From Candidatus Kuenenia stuttgartensis (GTDB lineage Bacteria > Gemmatimonadota > Gemmatimonadetes > Gemmatimonadales > Gemmatimonadaceae), in assembly GCA_943330235.2 (NCBI GenBank), contig CALQGY020000006.1:3487-67486 (forward strand): a stretch of 64,000 nucleotides of DNA, given 5' to 3'. Shown here piece by piece: positions 57,975 through 64,000 of this stretch (its first letter is position 1; each line of letters begins with the position of its first letter). Under the pieces are notes generated by a model that was given only the letters and a program-made list of their open reading frames with translations, did no database searches and had not been told where the DNA came from. The position numbers and the translations under genes are program-made.

Positions 57975-60037
57975 TGGCGGCATGGTCGGCACGTGCTCGG
58001 CAGCTACCCTTTCGTCGTCATCTGCGGGCCGGCATGCTCGGACTGGCCGTCCTGATCGCATCCTGCGTACCCCGGATCAATCCCGAAGCCGATCGCGCAC
58101 CGGCGGACATCTCGCTCGATGCCCGATTGCTGCAGATGGTCGATCGCCGGCTGGTAGACACAACGGTGCTGGATCTCCTGCTCCACGATGCGAGCGCGCC
58201 ACGCCGAGCACGCGCTGCGCTCGCGGTCGGACAGGTCAAGATCAAAGCCCGCTATCCCGTGCTCCGGCAACTGCTGGTCGATCCGGACACGGCGGTCGCG
58301 GCGAACGCGGCCTTTGCGCTGGGGCTTGCCCACGATACCCTCGGTGTCGCCGCGCTGGCCCGTGCCGTCGCAGGCGCGCCCGACGTCGTCGCGCGTGAGG
58401 CCGCGTGGGCGCTTGGGGAGATCGGAGAGCCCGCGCGGGCGGTTATCGCCCTCGCGTTGGGAGATGGCGTCGGCCAGGCGATCACGACGAGTCCGGTGGC
58501 CCAGCGAGGGCCTGTAGTGCGGGCGGCGTTACTGCTCTCCACGGTGAAACTTCGACCCGTTCCCCTGGGTGGTGTGCTGCCGTGGCTCGCCGATCCGGCA
58601 CCAGAGGTCGCTCGGGCGGCCGCGTACGTGGTGGGTCGTCAGCGGCTCCCTGGTGGTGTGCGTGCGCTGCTGGCGGTTCGAAAACATCCGGACGAAGAAT
58701 TGCGCCAGCATGTCGCACGCGGACTCTCACGCCAGGCTGCCGGCGATTCCCTCGGGCAGGCGGCGCGCGATGCGCTCGTTGGCCTGCTTCGCGATGAAAG
58801 CGCGCGGGTCCGCGTCAATGCTGCGCGGAGCCTAGGATCGTACGGTCCGAACGTACGTGCCGAGATCGAGCGCGCACTAGGCGACGTCGACGCGAATGTG
58901 CGGATTGCGACCGCCGAAGTGGTACAAGCCGTCTTTGCGCAGGATACCTCGGCGTGGCGCCGAGCGTGGACGCGTGACACCACGTTCCGCGTTCGCGAGC
59001 AGCTGATGAGCGCAGCGCGAGGGGCCGGCGTCGCCATCCTCGAGGCCGAGGAGGCGACGTGGGCGGCAAGACCAGAATGGTCGTTCCGCGCCGCGGTGCT
59101 CTCGGCGCGCGCGGCAGATGCGCGGGTCGACCATATCGCGCTCGCCCGCGCGTTCTCGCGTGATCGCGACGCCCGCGTGCGAGCCAGTGCATTGGGCGTC
59201 ATCGCCGCCGACGTCAATGACAGCGCAGCGCGTGTCGTGGCGGAACCGGCAGTGAACGACGGCGACGTGCAGGTCCGGGCGGCGGCGCTGACCATTTTGG
59301 CGCGTCGTGCGCGTGCGGATGATGCGGATCGTGGCGTGGCGGGCTTTGAGCGCGCGGTGAGCGACACCGATGGTGATGCGCGTGCAGCGGCACTCAAGTT
59401 GATTGCGGCCGCCTGGCAGCGAGACAGTGCCCGCATGGAGGCAAGGACCATCGGACGACTGGCGACGATTGCAGGGCCGGCGACCGCGTCAGAACGACGC
59501 CTGCTGCAAGGCGTGACCCCAGCGAAGGCGTGGGCGTCGTCCGAGCCACGCGGCGTATCGCGCGCCATCGGCGACTATGAGCGGCTCGTACGGCAGTGGG
59601 GAGCCCTCGGTGCGAAGCAGCCAATCGCCGTGATTCACACCGAGCGCGGCGACATCACCGTCGAGCTCTTTGGCGCCGACGCCCCGCTCGTGGTCGAGGC
59701 CTTTATCACCCTCGCGAAAAACGGGTTCTACCGCGAGTCGGTCTTTCATCGCGTGGTGCCCAACTTCGTGGTACAGGACGGCGATCCACGCGGTGACGGC
59801 AGCGGAGGACCGGGGTTTTCCTTGCGCGAGAGCTATTCCCGTCGTCGACACGAACGCGGTGCGCTTGGCTTGGCCACCTCCGGACCCGACACTGGCGGCA
59901 GTCAGTATTACCTGTGCCACTCGACACAACCGCATCTGGATGGGGGATACACCGTGTTCGGTCGCGTAACCGCCGGCTTCGACGTACTCGATCGTGTGAT
60001 TCAAGGCGATCGCATGACGTGGATTGAAATCCGGTGA
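57971..60037 (+). CDS. HEAT-repeat protein fused to C-terminal cyclophilin-type peptidyl-prolyl isomerase
   Basis: C-terminus FHRVVPNFVVQDGDPRGDGSGGPG...GSQYYLCH...LDGGYTVFGRV. The N-terminal roughly 500 aa has repeated ...AA.ALG... and RVRA/NVR helical units. Signal/lipobox-like AVLIASC. Confidence 0.85.
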   Translation: MMAAWSARARQLPFRRHLRAGMLGLAVLIASCVPRINPEADRAPADISLDARLLQMVDRRLVDTTVLDLLLHDASAPRRARAALAVGQVKIKARYPVLRQLLVDPDTAVAANAAFALGLAHDTLGVAALARAVAGAPDVVAREAAWALGEIGEPARAVIALALGDGVGQAITTSPVAQRGPVVRAALLLSTVKLRPVPLGGVLPWLADPAPEVARAAAYVVGRQRLPGGVRALLAVRKHPDEELRQHVARGLSRQAAGDSLGQAARDALVGLLRDESARVRVNAARSLGSYGPNVRAEIERALGDVDANVRIATAEVVQAVFAQDTSAWRRAWTRDTTFRVREQLMSAARGAGVAILEAEEATWAARPEWSFRAAVLSARAADARVDHIALARAFSRDRDARVRASALGVIAADVNDSAARVVAEPAVNDGDVQVRAAALTILARRARADDADRGVAGFERAVSDTDGDARAAALKLIAAAWQRDSARMEARTIGRLATIAGPATASERRLLQGVTPAKAWASSEPRGVSRAIGDYERLVRQWGALGAKQPIAVIHTERGDITVELFGADAPLVVEAFITLAKNGFYRESVFHRVVPNFVVQDGDPRGDGSGGPGFSLRESYSRRRHERGALGLATSGPDTGGSQYYLCHSTQPHLDGGYTVFGRVTAGFDVLDRVIQGDRMTWIEIR

Positions 60038-60732
60038 CTGTACCGCGTACGAGCAGGCGTTTCCTGCAGCGGTGGGTGGTGTACGGCGCGATCGTCTGCG
60101 CGTCCTGTCGACCGGCCGCCGGACCATTGACGGGGAGATTGACGCCCGCGGCGCTTCCCGCGACGGATATCTCCCCGCGGCCGCAGCAACTGCGCTTTAC
60201 CTGGAGCTACAAAGACGAGACATTCGAGGCCGCCGGCGATGGCGTGGTGCGAGTCACCGGACCCGATCGAGCGCGGCTCGATTTCTTCTTGCGCAACGGG
60301 ATGGCGGGTGGGTATGCCATTCTCATCGGCGATTCACTGACCGTGCCGGGCATCGATCTGGTACGGCGATTCCTTCCACCCGTCCCGCTGCTCTGGGCGA
60401 CCCTGGGACGTCTGGCGGTCCCCACGACACGCGATACGATCGCCCGCATCGACGGGGATACCTTGCGCGCTGATCTCGGCGACCTGCACAGCGGTGATGC
60501 CTCGACGGCGGGTGGGCGCGCATGGCGAGTGGCGTTCGCCGGCGTTTCACTCGCGCGCGTCGATCGCATCGAGCGTGGCAAGGTGGTCGAATGGATCTCC
60601 CGTCAACGAGGATCGACGGACCAGTGGGACTTGCGATATGTTCACGTGAAGGCCAAACGCAGTCTGCGCATTGCCATCACAGAGACGCTAACCGTTGAGG
60701 AGTTCGATGACGCGATCTGGCGTCGGCCGTAG
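60034..60732 (+). CDS. hypothetical lipoprotein (LolB/DUF4292-like, tentative)
   Basis: N-terminal hydrophobic segment ending in Cys (AIVCASC); beta-rich; position upstream of lptE. Confidence 0.4.
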   Translation: MTVPRTSRRFLQRWVVYGAIVCASCRPAAGPLTGRLTPAALPATDISPRPQQLRFTWSYKDETFEAAGDGVVRVTGPDRARLDFFLRNGMAGGYAILIGDSLTVPGIDLVRRFLPPVPLLWATLGRLAVPTTRDTIARIDGDTLRADLGDLHSGDASTAGGRAWRVAFAGVSLARVDRIERGKVVEWISRQRGSTDQWDLRYVHVKAKRSLRIAITETLTVEEFDDAIWRRP

Positions 60733-61222
60733 CATAGGAGTTGTGCTGGCGATTGCGGTCACCCTGCTCACGGGATGCCTCTACGGCTTCTCGGGCGGCG
60801 GCGGCCTGCCAAGCAATCTTCGGACTGTGGCGGTACAAGCATTCGACAATCAGACGGCGTCGTCTGACATCCAACGCGAAGTGCTCGAGGAGGTCCGCAA
60901 GGGGATGCGGGATCGGCTGAGCCTTCGCGAAGCGCAGGAGCAGAAGGCCAGTATTGTCGTCCGCGGTACGATCGTGCGATACGAAGTGGATCTTCCGGCC
61001 GGTGCCAGCGCCGATGCGCGTCAGACCACGTCAACGCGTCGTCGATTGCAACTCGTCATCGACATCGAGATCCTCGACCAGCTGACGGGGCGCTCGCTGT
61101 TCAAGCGCGAGGGCCTGTCTACCGAAGGGCAATATCCTGAGGGCGGTGAAGCCACTGGTCGTCGTGCGGCCATCGAGAGCTTCGTCGCGCAGGTCATCGA
61201 AGGCATGCAGTCGCAATGGTGA
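60707..61222 (+). CDS. lptE: LPS-assembly lipoprotein LptE-like
   Basis: Lipobox LLTGC; LRTVAVQAFDNQT; about 170 aa. Confidence 0.65.
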   Translation: MTRSGVGRSIGVVLAIAVTLLTGCLYGFSGGGGLPSNLRTVAVQAFDNQTASSDIQREVLEEVRKGMRDRLSLREAQEQKASIVVRGTIVRYEVDLPAGASADARQTTSTRRRLQLVIDIEILDQLTGRSLFKREGLSTEGQYPEGGEATGRRAAIESFVAQVIEGMQSQW

Positions 61223-61704
61223 ACGTCACCGTGCCCCGTCCGCCGATTTCAAAGGTGATGGAGTGGGCAGCCGCAGCCGCATGGCGTGCGCAGGTCGCCG
61301 GGAAGGTCGTGTTCACCAACGGCGTGTTTGATCTACTGCATCCCGGGCACATCGATGTGCTGTGTGGAGCACGCCGAGAGGGGGACGTACTGATCGTGGG
61401 TATCAATAGCGACGCCTCCGTACGCCGCCTCAAGGGGCCCTCGCGCCCCGTGCGCACTGCGCCCGAGCGCGCGTACGTATTGGCGGCGCTCGAAGCGGTC
61501 GATGCGGTCGTAGTGTTCGATGAGGATACGCCGCTCGAACTCGTTCAGTGTTTGACGCCCGATGTGATCGTCAAGGGTGGCGACTACGCGCCGGACCGCA
61601 TCGTCGGCGGCGAGGAAGTCCGCGCCCGTGGCGGTCGCGTCGTTGTAATTCCGTTAACAGCAGGACAATCCACCACCTCAATAATCGAGAAGCTCCGTGG
61701 CTGA
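61216..61704 (+). CDS. D-glycero-beta-D-manno-heptose 1-phosphate adenylyltransferase (RfaE domain II type)
   Basis: [19 protein letters not shown]; [20 protein letters not shown]; KGGDY. Confidence 0.85.
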   Translation: MVNVTVPRPPISKVMEWAAAAAWRAQVAGKVVFTNGVFDLLHPGHIDVLCGARREGDVLIVGINSDASVRRLKGPSRPVRTAPERAYVLAALEAVDAVVVFDEDTPLELVQCLTPDVIVKGGDYAPDRIVGGEEVRARGGRVVVIPLTAGQSTTSIIEKLRG

Positions 61705-62467
61705 TGCACAGGCAGGATCCGCTGGTCATGCTCCCGCACGTGTTGTTGTCGCCAGAGAAGGGCGCGCGAACGATGCGTTACGTGCGGTGTCTCTCGAGCG
61801 CAGCGCGGTGCGCTACGCGGAGGGCTCGTGCCTGGTCAGCTTCGGCGGAACACGCGTGCTGTGTGCGGCGTCGGTCGAGGACGGCGTGCCCGGCTGGCGT
61901 CGCGGCAGCGGCGAAGGTTGGATGACCGCCGAATACGCGATGCTGCCGCGCGCGACGCGTACGCGCTCGTCGCGCGAGCGCCAACAGGTAGGTGGACGAA
62001 CGCAGGAAATTCAACGACTGATCGGGCGAAGCGTGCGCGCGATGATTGATGACTTTCGTTTCGGCGAGTTCACGGTCAAGCTGGATTGCGACGTGATCGA
62101 GGCGGACGGCGGCACGCGTACCGCGGCAATCACCGGCGCCTGCATTGCGGTGATCGACGCGTTCGACTGGATGGTGCGCACCGGACGGACGCCGGTCACC
62201 CCGGTCAAGCGCCGGGTGGCGGCGGTGAGCGTCGGCGTCATCGATGGTGAAACGCGTCTCGACCTCGACTACGAGGAGGATGTGCGCGCTGACGTGGACA
62301 TGAACGTGGTCATGAGCAGCGAAGGCCGTTTTGTCGAGGTGCAGGGGACTGGTGAGCACGGAACGTTCGGCCGCGGCGAACTCGACGGCTTGATTGATTC
62401 GGCCGTCGCCGGAATTACCTGGCTGGATGAGGCTCAGCGTCGAGTGCTTGAGGTCGCCTCTCGCTGA
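61697..62467 (+). CDS. rph: ribonuclease PH
   Basis: [37 protein letters not shown]; [11 protein letters not shown]; [11 protein letters not shown]. Confidence 0.93.
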   Translation: MADAQAGSAGHAPARVVVAREGRANDALRAVSLERSAVRYAEGSCLVSFGGTRVLCAASVEDGVPGWRRGSGEGWMTAEYAMLPRATRTRSSRERQQVGGRTQEIQRLIGRSVRAMIDDFRFGEFTVKLDCDVIEADGGTRTAAITGACIAVIDAFDWMVRTGRTPVTPVKRRVAAVSVGVIDGETRLDLDYEEDVRADVDMNVVMSSEGRFVEVQGTGEHGTFGRGELDGLIDSAVAGITWLDEAQRRVLEVASR

Positions 62468-63144
62468 TGCCGGGGCAGATCACGGTTGTCGTCGCGACGC
62501 GAAGTGTCGGCAAGCTACGCGAGTTAGTACCGCTCTTCGCGGCGGCCGACTACAGGTGCATCACCCTTGAGCAGGCCGCGCTCGCGGAATCGCCGGAGGA
62601 AGCATCCCTCGAAGCCTTCGACACGTTCGAGGCGAACGCGCTTGCCAAGGCGCGGTGGTTCTCGGCGCGAAGCGGCGGTCGCGTGGTGGTGGCCGACGAT
62701 TCGGGACTCGAAGTTGATGCGCTCAATGGGGCCCCAGGCGTTCGGAGCAAGCGATGGTCGGGTCGCGAGGATCTGCAGGATGACGCGTTAGATGCCGCGA
62801 ACAACGCCTTCTTGTTGCGCTCGCTTGAACAAGTCCCGCTTGCGGACGGTGAACCTCGTCTGGCCCGCTACGTCTGTGCCGCCGCATGCGTGTGGAATGG
62901 TGGAGAGCTGGTCGTGCGCGGCACCTGTGAGGGCGAGATTGTTGCTGTTCCAGTCGGATCAGGGGGATTTGGCTACGATCCGTACTTCTTCAGCAACGAG
63001 CTTGGCCGAACATTTGCCCAAGCGACGAGGGAGGAGAAGTCCCTCATCAGCCACCGCGGCCGTGCGTTCGCGCGGCTAATTGCCGCGATGACGGGGGCTT
63101 TGCAGCGCGAAACTTCGATGGATCTAACCGATCCACACGGTTGA
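62467..63144 (+). CDS. rdgB: dITP/XTP pyrophosphatase (RdgB/HAM1 family)
   Basis: VVATRSVGKLRE; ADDSGLEVDALNGAPGVRSKR; GFGYDPYF; SHRGRA. Confidence 0.92.
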   Translation: MPGQITVVVATRSVGKLRELVPLFAAADYRCITLEQAALAESPEEASLEAFDTFEANALAKARWFSARSGGRVVVADDSGLEVDALNGAPGVRSKRWSGREDLQDDALDAANNAFLLRSLEQVPLADGEPRLARYVCAAACVWNGGELVVRGTCEGEIVAVPVGSGGFGYDPYFFSNELGRTFAQATREEKSLISHRGRAFARLIAAMTGALQRETSMDLTDPHG

Positions 63145-63205
63145 CCGGAGCGCTCCACTCGAATACAATACGCAGCTGCGGGGTATCTGCGGTTCAGTTG
63201 CCTTG

Positions 63206-63279
63206 CGGGGCGTAGCGTAGCCCGGTATCGCGCCTGCTTTGGGAGCAGGAGGTCGCCGGTTCGAATCCGGCCGCCCCGA
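63206..63279 (+). tRNA. tRNA-Pro (anticodon TGG)
   Basis: Folded by hand. Acceptor CGGGGCG/CGCCCCG; anticodon stem CCTGC/GCAGG with loop TTTGGGA; T-arm GCCGG-TTCGAAT-CCGGC. No encoded CCA. Confidence 0.9.
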
Positions 63280-63352
63280 TGAGCTCGTGTAGGGCAGGTG
63301 AAGCATGTCACCGTTGGGTATCCCGAAGTGGGGAGGCTCGCGGCGGAGGTAG

Positions 63353-63426
63353 GCGCCAGTAGCTCAGGTGGATAGAGCGGCAGCCTTCTAAGCTGCGGGT
63401 CGGGGGTTCGAGTCCCTCCTGGCGCG
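63353..63426 (+). tRNA. tRNA-Arg (anticodon TCT)
   Basis: Acceptor GCGCCAG/CTGGCGC; D-arm GCTC-AGGTGGATA-GAGC; anticodon loop CTTCTAA; T-arm GGGGG-TTCGAGT-CCCTC. Confidence 0.9.
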
Positions 63427-63474
63427 CTTCGTTGGACAGCAACACCGTCGTTTTTCGAATAACGTCCGTCGTAC

Positions 63475-63546
63475 GCACCCTTAGCTCAATGGTAGAGCAG
63501 CTGACTCTTAATCAGTAGGTTGATGGTTCAAGTCCATCAGGGTGCA
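63475..63546 (+). tRNA. tRNA-Lys (anticodon CTT)
   Basis: Acceptor GCACCCT/AGGGTGC; D-arm GCTC-AATGGTA-GAGC; anticodon loop CTCTTAA; T-arm GATGG-TTCAAGT-CCATC. Confidence 0.9.
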
Positions 63547-63570
63547 CTTGCAGGTGAAACAAAAACTCGC

Positions 63571-63606
63571 AACAGGCCGGCTCATCTTCGGATCAGTCGG
63601 CCTGTT
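63571..63606 (+). terminator. long hairpin with C(TTCG)G tetraloop after the tRNA cluster (weak T tract)
   Basis: AACAGGCCG...CGGCCTGTT outer stem (9 bp), plus an inner stem around CTTCGG. Followed only by TTT/CGCG. Confidence 0.5.
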
Positions 63607-63969
63607 TCGCGTTCGTGCGTTTGGTCGACCATGCGATGTCATGCAAAATGACGTTCCTTGAGTCTTTCGCATTACCGACCCCTTGCGTGTCGAGGGTGCA
63701 CCGGATATTGTCCCTGCATGGGAGCGCGCCGAAACGACATGGCGCAAGTGTTTGCTGCTAAAGCACTTAACTGTTTATACAGTCTCCGTTTGCGGCAGAC
63801 GATCGCTGCAGAACACGAGCATTGAGGCGCAGAGGGGTTGCGCATCGGCTCACGGCGAGATAACTTCGCCGGCCCTTCGACGGTCGCACGGTGTTTAGGT
63901 GGCCAGGTCTGGCGCCGCACCAGTCGACAGGACGCTCTCGGAAACTTTGAAAAAAGTGACTCGAGCGCC

Positions 63970-63998
63970 TTGACTCTGAGAAGAGAAAAGGGTAAATA
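63970..63998 (+). promoter_or_regulatory. near-consensus sigma70 promoter candidate (TTGACT-N17-TAAATA) with an A-rich upstream tract
   Basis: TTGACT at 63970-63975, 17-nt purine-rich spacer, TAAATA at 63993-63998; GAAAAAAG lies about 20 nt upstream. It fires out of the window. Confidence 0.5.
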
Positions 63999-64000
63999 GA

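Noticed and set aside
63693-63701. 9-nt match (AGGGTGCAC) to the 3' end of tRNA-Lys, considered as an att-site remnant of an integrated element
   Set aside because: It is too short and only about 150 nt from the tRNA, with no integrase or foreign genes between. It is most likely chance.
63600-63920. Short ORFs 63508-63747(-), 63672-63920(-) and 63683-63898(+) downstream of the tRNAs
   Set aside because: They overlap one another and the tRNA-Lys/terminator, have atypical composition for this genome, and show no motifs.

Overview
High-GC bacterial chromosomal DNA (about two-thirds G+C by eye, not computed), densely packed with housekeeping genes. I call about 62 protein-coding genes, one probable gene relic, three tRNAs (Pro-UGG, Arg-UCU, Lys-CUU), several intrinsic-terminator hairpins, a perfect CIRCE operator upstream of groES-groEL, and a few short tandem repeats inside or between genes. 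Recognisable operons include pyrR-pyrB-pyrC, scpA-scpB-rluB, mutL-miaA-bshA-uppP-birA, groES-groEL, gatCAB, murA-pgeF, rimP-nusA-L7Ae-infB-rbfA-truB-ribF and secD-secF. There is also an outer-membrane/LPS-related string (thioesterase, HEAT-cyclophilin, LolB-like, LptE, heptose adenylyltransferase, rph, rdgB). Genes are tightly coupled, with many ATGA/GTGA/TGATG stop-start overlaps. From 6.2 kb to 23.9 kb every gene lies on the + strand. Gene content (LptE, LpxH-like, heptose pathway, BshA, Bat-type cluster, CIRCE) suggests a diderm of the FCB/Gemmatimonadota type, but this is inference only. I see no transposase, integrase, prophage, CRISPR array, toxin-antitoxin pair or recognisable defence island, so this looks like core genome rather than accessory DNA. 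The least understood multi-gene module is an 8.4-kb MoxR / DUF58 / VWA / TPR / BatD Bat-type cluster (9.9-18.3 kb) with unusual domain fusions; it is a known family, not a new system. Smaller points are listed under findings: a response-regulator relic next to an orphan roadblock/LC7 gene, a terminator in the rimP-nusA leader, Asp at the MurA fosfomycin-target position, a repeat-rich N-terminal extension on RluB, and two unexplained lower-GC non-coding stretches. The many long antisense ORFs in the track are high-GC shadow frames and were rejected.
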